Counted from the first letter of the whole stretch, positions 12,561 to 24,995 are shown. The stretch: 63,105 nucleotides of DNA, filler included, from Sphacelaria rigidula (GCA_964200075.2; 11 parts of 11 records of this genome joined end to end with filler, not necessarily neighbours in it); one strand, 5' to 3'. Numbers and translations are program-made. Notes: generated by a model from the sequence alone, not told the origin.

Positions 12561-13182
12561 GAAATCAAAGATCGAGTAGTCCGTCGAGTTGTCCCGGCGA
12601 CGGAAATCAACTGCGCGAGGGCGTGAGACATTGCCTGCGATGGATTTTTTTATTATATCGACCTCATGAGCCACTGGTCTTAGTGGGTGACGTGACTGGT
12701 GGCAAGAATGACAAAGAGGGCGAGGGCGGGAGTCATTGCTCGTTTGAGACAAAGAGAACACGACCGGTACGCTATGAATTGCTGATGGCGGCAAATGTGA
12801 CGAGGACGAGCACCCGAGTCATCGCTGGTGCCGACGTGAGTTCGTACAGCGGGTACTGGAGGCATCGGTCGTGATGTTAAATGTGAAGAGGCAAGCACTC
12901 GAGCAATTCATCACTGTGGAGAAGAAGTTAAAGGCCGAGTGTTGGAGCCATTGCTCGTGGTGTGGTGAGAGAAATACGCCGCGCATTCCAACCTGTGGTC
13001 GTGGTGGGAAAGAAAATACGAGAGCACTCGAATCCTACTCGTGGTGAATGAAAGATATGAGTCCGACACGCTTCTCATGGTGGCGGTATTTCCAAGACGG
13101 CATCAACGAATGCAATGGTCGCGGTGAGCGAAGACTACTCCTTCCCGACTTTGCGTCACCCCCCATAACTCCAATCAGCGTC

Positions 13183-14440
13183 TCACCTGTACTCCACACT
13201 GTCGCCATCTCCGGCAAATATGTGGACCGTGGACCCTAACATGAAGTGCTTCGAGTCCACCCGCTCCACCGGTTGAAGTGAAAACCGCGCGTCTGTCGTG
13301 TGAGCCACCCTCATATCCCCCCGCGCGCTCATGTCCACACCAATCTTTCCCCAGAAGCGCTCGGCGCTGAATATTACGATCCTGTCGCTCCTCAGTGCTC
13401 CCAAACCGTGAGCGTTGTGCTACCGCAGCCACAGGAGCAGCAACGGTGAACAGAAATAGTTGTCCATGACCAGGATCTTATTCCCACGATGGTGCTGTTC
13501 ATCTCATATGAGGCTTGCCCTGCGCTAAAAAAAGCACATGGAGGGGTCGGGCAAGATCCTGGTCATGGACAACTATTTCTGTTCACCGTTGCTGCTTCTT
13601 TGGCTTGCTTATTTAGTTCAATCAAATCAATCAAGCCACAGGAGCAGCAACGGTGAACAGAAATATTTGTCCATGACCATGATCTTGCCCGACACCTCCA
13701 TATGCTTCTTTGACGTAGGGCAAGCCTCAAATGAAACTATTGGTAGCATCGTGGGAACCCTTCTGAGCTCTTTGTTGGCGTACTCCCTCAACAAGGGGTC
13801 CACGTCGCCCCCCCCGTGGCCATCCACATGTTCACATGGTGAGACACCTATGAGGCAGCGTATCAGCCGCGGCTGTCTCTGGAAGTGGCGATACCAGAAA
13901 ATGAAGCAACTCGTTGCAGGCTGCCATCCAAATGTAAGACAATCAATACGCTTCTGGCGAAACAATCTCAGGAGGATGCAGCTCACCCTTCATGCGACTC
14001 GCCGCGCACACCACGACGCTTCGCGCTTGGTGATTGATTGCGGCCGTGGTCCGGCGAAGATCCGGCGTGTTCCGTCCCGGCTATGTAGGGATGCGAGGTC
14101 AATGATCAGATGACTATAGCATCCAAGATCATGAGTACACCATCCCCCGTCCACGTAAGCCAACAAGCACATCCCGCATATTGTGCAGATGACCCACCGA
14201 TTTACACCTGCAGAAGCAAGGGCATAACGCGGGAAAACATATACGTCGGGACCACGTCACGATGACATGCACTCGATTGTATGTACCTCCATACACACTC
14301 AGGAGTGGCGACGGGCGTCCCTCAAACGGAAGGAGTAAGGTCCATAGACTCCCATAGCGGCGGAGGCAGATCATACATTGAGCTCCGGCATGAGCAAAGG
14401 CCACTATCGCGGTAGCGTAACTCTTTCCGCCGATCACCAC
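13183..14440 (-). pseudogene. Degenerate piggyBac-like transposase with a probable intron, a local inverted triplication and a SINE insertion
   Basis: Motifs occur in piggyBac order: GVNRWVICTICGMCLLAYVDG; GSGKILVMDNYFCSPLLLLWL (DN catalytic motif); GLGALRSDR..RGD..VDSKHFMLGSTVH; GT..CTGCAG intron at ~14208-14287. Confidence 0.78.
13836..14138 (+). mobile_element. Full-length ~300-bp SINE-like element 'B' (non-tRNA head, LINE-derived tail)
   Basis: Starts ATGGTGAGACACC and ends CAAGATCATGAGTAC; other copies at 1-60 -, 16561-16830 -, 17911-18217 +, 27862-27962 +, 45970-46036 -, 46054-46357 -, 54777-55079 -, with stubs near 21350 and 34500. Confidence 0.88.
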
Positions 14441-14699
14441 TTTTTCCTGTTTTATAACTCTTTTGCTTTGACTAGGAACCGCAGTGGAGGTGCGATTGGA
14501 TCCTGAAAATCATGTACCTAATCCATGCAAAGTATTCCAGGGCGACAGACGCCTGTTGCCAAGTGGAGAGTGCTTGCAATGGCCCCCGTGCGGATACCCG
14601 ATGTGGCATGTATCCAGGCAACAAGGGTGTTGTATATCGAACACGGAAGAGCGCCCCCGCGACAAAAAATGAGGCGGGACGACGAAGTCAGGTCACAGT

Positions 14700-16490
14700 C
14701 GGGGAATATTCCCTCCCAACGGTACCCCTCACAGAGAAAGTGCGTCACCACTCCCACCGCCTTCAAAAAAGGAGGGCGATTTAAATTTTGATGCGAGAAG
14801 AATGACGACGATGGTTGTCGGATGTAGGCAGGATTTGCCCCACACCTTCAATCCAGCGGTTATCTACGGCCCTGCCGCCGACGGGCGTTGTACTAACGCA
14901 CGTGCTGATGTGGGTTCCTCGCTGCGATGAACAAAATGCGGGAGGAGCACCCGTGATCCTACCGCGACCCACTGTATGAAAGAGGCAGAATACAATAGGC
15001 AACTGCCGAACCATGCGAACATGAAGTTCATGTCCAAGACTGAACGGAATGGTCACGAATGCGGTGACCTTGGTCCCACACGGGAGATGCATATTTCCCT
15101 CGACTTGTTATGTGGATACGATCGCATGCCAGTCAATATACTTCACGATAAACGTATCCCCCCGTCACCTTGCGCTGCTCATTGCGGACAGCCGCGCTGA
15201 GGCCGCCGTATCGGGGACACGCACATATGTACACTCGTCACCTCGCCTTCCCTGATCCATACTGTGGGGGGTTGAGCGTCGGCGCCGCTGAAGGTGCCGC
15301 AACCGCACATGCACACAACAGTCGATCTCAGCGGCACGTATACCACGCAACTCACCATGCTTTATCGGCTTGTTACTGTTAAACCATTGCAGAGATGATC
15401 CCGCAAGGCTGGTCTCCTTCGTCATCATCTCACCGGTTGTAGCCTTCGTACCCGGAATGACAGAGGAGCTTCATGCGGTGTGAGCGTCCTGCAACCCACT
15501 GACAGCAGGCATAGAGGAGAAGGCAAGGAGGATGAAGTCGATGACCACTGTGTGCACGCCACCTGTGCGTATCCGCGACATGGCATGTCCACATCATGGC
15601 AAGCGATACGGCATCCACCCCCGACGCCGCGGCCAGACGACGCACATTCCCGAAGGCAACAAGCCGGCACCACCGCGCGCCGGGGCACACAACCCTGGCC
15701 TGACTTGAAGGACACAACATACCCGCCCCCGGGCAATCCTCACCGGTGTAAAAACATGCGACGGGTTACAGCAGTCAACACTACACCGACAAGGGCGGAA
15801 AGCGGAAGAGGGCGCAAGCGTGTTTACGCGCGAGCGTTGTGAACCAGGGAATGACCGCTGCTTCACAACCTCACGTGCTGTTGCGAACGCCCGAAGCACG
15901 GTTAACCCACCGGCTGCGAAACAGCGGCCGCGACAGCATTGCTTTTCCGCATGGCTGAACCCAATCCCTCAAGTGTGCAATCGAGATCGCTGCAGCGGGC
16001 GTCACCGGAAAATGGGAATGAGCACCTCGTGCCCAAGACCAACCCTACGTAGCGCCAATCCCGATTCTACCCCGAAATGCGTGGGGTTCCTCAGCGTGAG
16101 GGGCTAGTGGGGTCCCAACGGCACGTAGCCGTTCCAAATAACTCTCACCGAATATGGTGCAATTTGTCGCCGCTCCCCTCGCCAGACGGCGCGAGATGCA
16201 AGAACCGACAGTAGATTAGAGTGAACAAGTCCCGCGGCATACACCGCCGAATCAGCTTGAGGTCGAAGAACGGGCTCGTCGACCAATGGTCCTTCGTCCT
16301 GGGCAGTCTAGTGAATCTCATCGTTACCAGGATCCCGAGCACACCGTAAAGTGTGTCTCCGTCGATGCCGCCCTCAGGTCAACTTTGCGTCCTCAACGTC
16401 CTCGTCTTGGCGTCATGCCGTTCAGTTAGGTCTCCTCGGATCCCCCCGACAGAACGTCCCATACGGATTAGTCTACGCGACACGGACCGA
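14700..16490 (+). pseudogene. Highly decayed DIRS/Ngaro-like (or Gypsy) RT-RNase H remnant
   Basis: MHISLDLLCGYDRMPV resembles the RT DL..GY motif; weaker downstream similarities (LLNHCRDD; SEQ..H..NQLEV, RNase H-like); many stops and frameshifts. Confidence 0.4.
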
Positions 16491-17365
16491 GCACCAGCAA
16501 ATAGAACAGCGGAAGGTCGGCGGAGGGAAGGACGGGAGTTGGGGGGGGGGGGAGAGGGGTATACTCATGATCTTACATGCCGTAGACATGAGGCCAATGA
16601 CTTCGCATCTCTACAAGTCGGGACGGAGCACGCCGGGTTTTCACCGAACCAAGCTCGCTCTCAATCACCAAGCGCGAAGCGCCGTGGTGTGTTCGGCGAG
16701 TCGCATGACGGGTGAGCTGCATGCTGCTGAGATCGTTCGGCCGGAAGCCTACTGATAATCTTGCATTTGCATAACAGCCAACAATGAGTTGCTTCATTCT
16801 GGAATCGCCACTTCCAGAGACAACCAGTCCCACCATTCAAACACTACGTAGTACGATCATCTCCTTTGGGCGGAGTTGAGGTTCTCCCACGCCGGACAAC
16901 ATAATCTAGCTCGAATACCATCATGATTACCGAAAAAAAAAACTGCAAGCGCGCGAAAAAAAATCGATAACCTGTTGCCTAGCTTACGCAGTGAGTGGCG
17001 TGTTTTACAGCGCCATCGCCAATCAACGCCAAACTCATCGGGGGTCGGCCTGGGGGGAGGGGGGGGGTTCAGGAAGGAGGGGCACAAAAGGAAAACAAAT
17101 TTGACATTCTTAACGTGCGACGGACACAGGAAGGCAGGANNNNNNNNNNNNNNNNNNNNNNNNNNNNNNNNNNNNNNNNNNNNTTAATTAATTAANNNNN
17201 NNNNNNNNNNNNNNNNNNNNNNNNNNNNNNNNNNNNNNNAAACATTTCCCCCCCCCGCAAAGGAGGGGGGGCCAAAAATCAATTCCTTTCCGCAAGCAAC
17301 AAAAGAGTCCCCCCCCCCCCCCCCCCCCCTCTCCCGTCTCTACTGGCCTCTCGCGAATGTTACAG

Positions 17366-17470
17366 GTTAGGCCTCCGCGATCTTCGGTGGTTTGCCCTTT
17401 TTGCAACTGCGCCAAGCTTAACGTGACCTACCTGGGACCTCCAAGCAAGGAGGACGGGGAACGCCGCATG
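17366..17470 (+). CDS. Internal exon of a SIP5/DA2(GW2)-like RING E3 ligase
   Basis: TTACAG| acceptor, |GTAAAT donor, 105 nt, phase 0-0; encodes VRPPRSSVVCPFCNCAKLNVTYLGPPSKEDGERRM, matching the CPFC..V.Y.G...E end of the DA2/Sip5 RING. Confidence 0.7.
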
Positions 17471-17910
17471 GTAAATGAAGTCAATCAAGAGTCACGGAGC
17501 ACGTCTTTAGCTAGTCTTGGGAGTCCGTGATCCGATTAATCGAACGACATATCGTAACAACCTTATCCATACGAAGAGCCGCCGAACAAGAGGGGGCACG
17601 AGAAGCGCCGTCTCACATATTTCCAGTAGAGTTTACAGGCATTGGGCTACAAATGTTCATGTTTGATATCACTTGGTTTAGATAAAGATGACAGTCCCGT
17701 GTGCTCCTCGCGTGCACAGGACGCGTTTTCGTTGTGTCGCCGATTTGGGGTCTACCAAGGCCGCCCTTTGCCTAGAGAATATATGTACCGCCCTTGCTCG
17801 AGGGTTCTCGGTATGCGTTGGGTTGGGGTTAGTTAGTGTTAGGGGTAGTTGTATTTGTGTGGAGAGCCCAACTCCGCGCAAAGGGGATGATCGTACTACG
17901 TAGTGTTGAA

Positions 17911-18217
17911 ATGATGAGACACGCATGAGGTGGTGTGTAACCCGTGGCTGTCTCTAAAAGAGGTAATATCAGAAATGGAAGCAACTAATTCGGGGCTGCA
18001 ATCCACACGCAAAAGAGTCAGTAAGTACGCTTCGGGCCGAAAACTCTTAGCTGGATGCAGATCAACCCCCATGCAACTCGCCGAACACATTCCTGTGCTT
18101 CGCGCTTGGCGATTCATTGCGAGCCTGGTTCGGCGAAAAGCCGGCGTGCTCCGTCCCGGCTTTGTAGGGATCCTCCGTCAATGGTCGTATGACTACGGCA
18201 TGCAAGATCATGAGTAC
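17911..18217 (+). mobile_element. SINE-like element B, full length, followed by a C-rich tract
   Basis: Homologous to 13836-14138 end to end; ends ATGAGTAC-ACCCCCCCCTCCCCGCCCCC. Confidence 0.88.
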
Positions 18218-19323
18218 ACCCCCCCCTCCCCGCCCCCGGGAACAATCCGTAGTCTCAAGAGGTCAACCATATCTTCCCGGTACATCCATCCCTGGGCGTT
18301 AATTATCAAGTACTTGGGATCACGGCTATTGGAACTCCGGCAGCTCGTCGACTTTTTACCGGGTTTTTTTTGTTGCTCTATTTAACCGCACGTCCGGACG
18401 CTTCCGAACGACGGAATCCAGGGGGGACATACCGTCTTGTCGTCGAGATCCGATCGCACTACTTACACCCGGCGAAACGAGCCGTTGATGCTTTTTTTCT
18501 TGCCTAGGGTGGCGCGCGGCCACAAAGTTGTGTCCATATATGACTGCGCAGTTGCATCGAACATGGAAATGCCGAGGGGTGTAGTATGGTAACGTTATTA
18601 TCCAGACGCATACACATCATGTAGCATCTGGTGTCCATATATCCGGCCGGCAACACGAACCATGCGGCAAGGCTAGGAATTCGACCGTATCGTATGCGGT
18701 AGGTAACCCCAAACATGAAGAGGAAAAAAACATAAATAGGCTGACCTGACCTTTACAAAACGCACGATCAAGACTTCTATTTCCACTTTTTTTTATTTTT
18801 CTCTTTGCATCATCCCATCCAGTGAAGAAGAAACAAGTTAGCAATAACACCATGGAGTATGGCTCCATCACACGCGGTGAAATCTTGATCGCGGGGACTA
18901 GGTAGGAAGCTCACTCATTTGTCGTAAACATGGTTGAACATCGCTTGATTTTCAGAGTCAACAGCGATACTCGGATCTTCAAAGGGGCTGACAGTTTCGA
19001 GTGCTCCTGGCTTGTACCCAGAACGCCTTTTTACCCACATCGGCTCCCTACGCGCCGGTTTGAGGTCTGACAACGCACCCTTCCCCTCGGGGACCCTTTG
19101 CACTCCCACTTTGCCCGAGGGTTCTCATTTGCCTTGGTCGGGAGTTAGGGTTTAGGGTTAGGATTAGCCCTCGTTTAAAATCGTGATTTTCTGATAAACG
19201 TCATGTCAAACCATTTTTACGACGACAAATGCGTAACCACACGATTCGATCACATATAAACGGCGAAAAACTATACAGGCCGAGGAACAGCGTACTATCG
19301 AAGCACGCATACGCGCCGAACAG

Positions 19324-19475
19324 GAGGATCTGATGCGACAGGCCAAGGAAAGAAACGCCCGGGCCAGCAGCGAAGGCGCTACGACCCTTGGAGCTATTGC
19401 TGCGTCTGCTGCTGTGCCTATTGCCGGCAGTCAGGGAGATGCGGTGCCACGCGAGACGGTTTCGACTGCCTCTTC
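19324..19475 (+). CDS. Probable downstream exon of the same RING gene (low complexity)
   Basis: AACAG| acceptor, |GTGAGT donor; EDLMRQAKERNARASSEGATTLGAIAASAAVPIAGSQGDAVPRETVSTAS joins in frame to exon 17366-17470. Confidence 0.6.
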
Positions 19476-20214
19476 GTGAGTGATGATCTAGTACTTGGAT
19501 GACCTGGGCTTTTTGTTTCGTTTTCCTCTCCTTTTTTTTTTCTTCATAGCTATACGGTCTGCCTACCCTGCCCTTACCCGTAGTCATGCAGCACGAACCT
19601 GTCAGGTGTGTGTGTGTGTGTGTTCCTGCGACCGGCACTTTACATCTTGACACTCGAGTTTTATTGTCATTGTTTCTTTTTTGCCCTTTATTCTTGCCCT
19701 CTTCTGTTTTTCTTCTTCTCTTTCTTCGTTTTCGCAATTCTTTCATGTTTATTTTCTTCCATTCTCTTTCCTTCTCGTTGTTTTTCCATCCCTTTTTTTT
19801 GTTGATTTATTTTCACTTCACTCTAATCGTCCTCTCCTTTCTTCCTTCCTCACCCCTTTTTTTAATTCAAGCTCATTTCATCATTTTTTCAATTTCTGTT
19901 TTGTCTACGGTACCTTGGGTTACTTCTAGCCTGAGACCTGTTCAAATCGCTGCGGATGAGTTGATGCTCGACAATCAATCTCGGCCATCGCTCGATCCAA
20001 GTGGTCGCAGTACAGCACTTATCTCTCATGTCCACGTTTTTTTTTTTTTAAGCACATGCGTTATTACAGTGTGTGGATCATCGAAGAGAGGAGCAGAATG
20101 TTTCATGTGTTTGTGTGTGTGTGAGAGGAAAAGTACGCCAGGAAAAACTCAACTGATGTGCGCCTGAATTAAAAGTAGCAAAACCGGAGACGACGAATTA
20201 CAGTGTCCTCCGTC

Positions 20215-21690
20215 ATTCTCCACGGCTGGGTTGATGGAAGCTGCTGGCCTTGGGAAGGGCCAGGGTGAACGAGGTCGTTGATCGGAGGGGTGAGCAGCAA
20301 GTGCGTGCAGAGTTGACATTTTGCCTGTATCGAATGCGTACTTTTTCGGGAAGCGAGGCGGTCCGGCGAGCGATCTGGAGAGGGTGGATCGGATCAGAGG
20401 GGGAGAACCCGCGCTTGACTTCACTTGATGCATTTCCCCCCCGATAATGGGCTGGACCCTGTACGAACTTGGGGGAACAGTACAGAATGTAAATTTGGGG
20501 AAGCATTTAATCAGCGGGAGAGGTGCGGTGGTTGAGCTTTGCGTTCGCTGGAGCGGGGCACTGGTGACTCATCCTTGTCGACGACCGGTGGAGTAGTCTA
20601 AGATAAGCCGGAGTTCGTGGGGCTTTACAAATCGCGTTGCTATTTAGGGTTTTGTTGTTGTCGAGCGTCAACAGAGCCATGATGCGATAGGCAGGGGGAT
20701 GCAATTCCACGAAAAAATGTGCTCATGGATGCGCCAAAGAACCTAAAATACTCACGGTGCGCTTGTATTCCAGTACAAGCGGTGTAAAGCAGCATGAATG
20801 AATTTTATTTATCGGCAGCGAGCGCGTTCGAACAACTGTTGGCTGCTTTCAACGGCGATTGAAGTGGAATTTCGTGGAAAAAAACGGCCCAAAATCCCCC
20901 CAAAATCCCCCCCCTCCCCCCCTATCGTAGCATGACTCAACAATACCCTCGTCTCTTGGCAATCAACGACCCTGCTCGACAGCTGCGCGATTGCGCGTAA
21001 CAATCCGTTGCAGAAGCGCCACCTGCTACTAGCTTATCTGAGAGTCCACCAGCTCTCGACTAGGACGAGTTACCAGTGCGCGCATCAAGCAACGCAGAGC
21101 TCAACCACCACATCTCCCCCCACCGACAGATCCAAGGGCAGATCGAGTAGAGTATATTCAATTGCGGGGTATTTTGAAATACGTTCATGAGGTACTCGAA
21201 ATTCGGGTTGAGTGTTAGAAGCCGTGCCCAAAAAATAACTGGAAAGCGATCCCTAAAACTCTACCTACCCCCAATTTGTGTAGTCTAAGTACGACTTTCA
21301 AAATACCCCGCAATTGAGTATACTCTACTCGAATTGCCCATGGACAGATCATATGACTTTGTCATGCAAGATCAAGAGTACACCCCCCTCAGGATGCGTG
21401 GCACATGCATGGCATGCAAGAGCCGATCAATTCTTCAAAAAGGTCCATCAAGTAACTGCGAGAAGGCACGTTATCTCGCCTGCCCACAGATCCACCCTCT
21501 CAGGATCTAGCTTGCGGAAGCAAACCTCCTTACCCTCGACTAAGGAATGCACCAGGTGCAGGCAAAGCAATCATCGCGCCAGGCTCGGGATCAAATTTTG
21601 CCTCACCCCTTGGCTCCGCGACGTCGTTCACCTCCCGGCCCTCCCGAGGCCAGCGGCTTGTATCAACTCAGCCTCTCGACGGCTGCTTAC
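20215..21690. mobile_element. Old ~1.5-kb foldback element with long degenerate inverted arms and nested insertions
   Basis: 20220-20395 is inverted relative to 21485-21675, and 20510-20612 relative to 21030-21125. Confidence 0.65.
21133..21342. mobile_element. hAT-type MITE (210 bp)
   Basis: ~50-bp TIRs (CAAGGGCAG..CGAGTAGAGTAT..CAATTGCGGGGTATTTTGAAA) and 8-bp TSD GACAGATC (21125-21132, 21343-21350). Confidence 0.92.
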
Positions 21691-23329
21691 TCCTTCTGTC
21701 GCTTAACAGCCCGAAAATCCCATGTGCCACGGTTCGCGCTATAGAAGCCATGGGCAAAGAGTCAGTAGCGGGCGGCGTGGCCTGTGCGTGCCGCCACGTT
21801 CCTCCTTGCTCGCGCTGCATGGGTTGATGGTTGATGTTATCGAGGAAACCTCTGACCAATTAATCGCTGAAGATTGGTTGGTTGACTATCTTGATCACTC
21901 ACGAGAGCGAGGTAAATCTGAAGTTCGATTTCCCCCCGATGATGGATGGCTCTCGGCTGAATGTTATGGCCGAGAAAATAGTTTAAAAAGATCAAGCAGG
22001 AGAGGACTGTGCTCCCGCGAAAAGACTGGCTCCAGTAGTGCGGATGCTGTGTCGGTACTCTAGCTGTAGAGTCTGAGTTGGAGGATGTAGCGTGGGGCAT
22101 GCATAGGGTGGTCATCCTGCAGACGGTGGATTTCTCCTCGGGAACCAGACGCCTAGCAAGCTGTTGGTGATGAGGGAATAGTCCTCCTGCGTACTGTCTG
22201 GGGGATGGGAGTTACAGAATCCCAGTCACCTTCCGTGAAAGTATTCTCTGCAAGATATAGCTGTGATGACAATTTCTTTGGCAGTTCGATTGAGAGTTGC
22301 ACAGCAGCGCTGATGGCAGGAACGGCAACTGTGGAATGAATTGAATATCCGAGGTCGAATCGCCAGGGAGAGCCTAGGCTCTGGAACAAGCCCTTGCTAG
22401 TCATGTATCACAAAAAAAGCTGACCCACCCAGGTAGCACTGATTCGAGTGTGTGTGTTTGTGGTTGTCTTGAATAACTCACAGGAGCTTGTGCGTGGCTC
22501 CTGCGCTCGGCGCATGACTATCGGGTACTGTCACACCCTAAGAAACTTTCAGGTCTTTGGTGAAGGGTCACCTGCTTATCGAAAATGCGCCCATCCACGT
22601 TCCGCGCGCGTACATGAAAATCACTGGAAAATGACCAAGTGTATATCCCAGGGAGTTGTCAAGATATAGAAAATGACATCCCGAGATGGTATACTGTAAT
22701 AAGATACGGGTCTTGACTCATGTGTTCAGCGAGCTAGCCGTCCGTTTGTGCCGTACTTTTTTTCGCAAAACAATATTCTTTTACTGTCATCATCTCCCCC
22801 TCTCCCTAGCCTGGTCGGTTGCTCCGTCTCGAAAGTGATGCGTGGTCAATGGTCAAACGACTAAGGCAAGCAACAAATAAGTACGNNNNNNNNNNNNNNN
22901 NNNNNNNNNNNNNNNNNNNNNNNNNNNNNTTAATTAATTAANNNNNNNNNNNNNNNNNNNNNNNNNNNNNNNNNNNNNNNNNNNNGGGGAAGCACTGTTT
23001 TAGGCTTGAGCCTCATCTCGAAGTTAAACCTCAATTCGCACAATTTGTTGTTAATTGCTGCTCTATGTATGAGAGTGTTCGCTCCTCCTGTGTATGTTTT
23101 GCGCGGTGGTTTGCTTGTTCTTCTCCTTGTCTTTCCCGTGGCGAGGGTCAGGCTTGTGGTTAGGGTTAGAGCTAGGGTTTTTTTCAGCAGTTCAGCTGAC
23201 GTGCTTGACAAGAGAATATGACAGTACAGCTCCGAATTCGTGGTTCACATGTAGCCTTCGGCTTGGAGTTTTCGCGTCACGGAAAACGTGGGTGGGCTTT
23301 GTCACTGGTGGGGACGGTCCTTAACTGTA

Positions 23330-24690
23330 CACGGACTGTCGTGTTATTTGTCACGGTAGTCTTCGGAGAAATCGGAGAGATTTCTCTGCGCTACAGTTGT
23401 TGCGGAGCAATGCGGGCGCTGAACACTTCAACATGCAGTGCTGTTGTCGCGAATGTAGCTCCATGATCGAGCTAGCCGCATCTCGCCTGTCGGAAAGCGT
23501 TGGTTTGCTAAGAGCAGGCAGTCGAACCTCCGGTCACTTGCAGTCTTGGGTTGCTTGATCATTTCTTGGTCGCGACATACCGCACGACCATAAGCCAAGT
23601 AGTGCCCCCACAATGTCGAGCGCTTGTTCATTGCGCGCCTAGATGATGACCCAAGACACTCCACGACGTTGTGAGGACAGCTGGACCACTGGAAAGTGAG
23701 GTGTTGGGGCAAAGTCGGAATGACCGTCACACTGTTTTGGCGCTGAAGCGAAGTACCGCACGTAGTTCATGGATTGATGATGTAGCGCCGCGTCTGCTGG
23801 GCTGTGGGTGGCGCGTTCTTGTGTTGGAGGTGGGCAGTATCCAAATTCGGTGGAGTATGGCGCGATTTCTGCCTTGGTCACCTCCTTCTGTTGGGATGTC
23901 CTTTTCTTCTAATTTGCATCTGTTCCGTTTTTCTCGCACCTTATTTGGGTAGTTGGCCTGTGATCACGTGAACCGTTCCCCTACGAGTTGAAGTAGCAGT
24001 ACGGACCTTCAAAAGGCACTAAGCAGAGATCGGGACGGTCTTCCGTGTGAATAGGGCAACAACAACAACAACAACAACGACAATGACGACGACGATATGG
24101 CCCATGAACTGCACCATTGGAACGAGCTCATGTCTGGTTTTCTTGGGCTTTCGCAATACGCCCAGTCGTGCGGGATAAATGAGCAATGTTTTTGTGAAAT
24201 TGGGGGTGTAGCATTCGATTGAGAATCAGCTTTTGCATGTTCACTTGAGCAGTTACGGCGTGACCCTCATTCCTAATCCTGGTGGCCAAAAGCTTGAGAT
24301 TCCGACGAGTTAGTCGTTGGATGTATATTCTGAATGCAAACAAGCGCCGATACACGATGCTCTGGAATCGCGACGGGTCAATACCCTACACTCGCATTCA
24401 ACGTAGTAATTGGAAGAATATATTTTTGGAATGCATGGCACTATGTACTACACGCAGTCATAACATGCCCCACGTGCAGCGATGCTTTGATGAGGGGAAT
24501 GTCTCGATGGTCGATGAGTCAGTTCCCCTCCCTATTCATGGTTCAACAAAACAATCGTTTTCATTACTTGTTGCTCGTGGTTCGTTCACTGTTGGAGCAC
24601 ACGACGGAAGCGACTGTGTCCTGATTCAAAAGCTGGCTTTCAATCGTAACCTATACTTCCAATCTCGCAAAAACCTTCACACGTGGGACA
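23330..24690 (-). pseudogene. Decayed hAT transposase (C-terminal part)
   Basis: NRMLHPQF (LHP/LDP motif); NQRFPT..RLAR followed by a frameshifted ATTALHVEVFSA, like the hAT dimerization motif (FP.L..LAR..TSA..ERVFS). Confidence 0.55.
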
Positions 24691-24995
24691 GCTCATGAGT
24701 CATGAGCTAGCTCATCTGCGGGCGTAGCACCTGCAGTCAAACATGTACATGTGAGCTACGTCCGACAGCTTACCCAGGACGAATATGAGCTGATGAGCTA
24801 CGAGTTGTTAGCTCATCCATGAGAAAGATCAGACCTGCCTATCGGAGCACCTGAATGAGGAAGATCTGAGCTGACTCATATTGTTTTCGTAGCCCCTGGC
24901 TATAGGAACTCCTGAATGAGGAAAATCTGGGCTGATCCATATTGTTTTTGTAGCTCCTGACTACAGGAGCCCCTCAATGAGAAAGATCTGGGCCC
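24690..24995 (+). repeat. ATGAGCT/AGCTCAT subterminal-type motifs plus a ~61-bp tandem repeat (about 2.4 copies)
   Basis: CCTGAATGAGGAAGATCTG.GCTGA..CATATTGTTTT.GTAGC.CCTG at 24850 and 24910, partial at 24971. Confidence 0.7.

Noticed and set aside
19586..20167. 193-aa hydrophobic membrane protein ORF
   Set aside because: Arises from a T/C-rich low-complexity intronic tract
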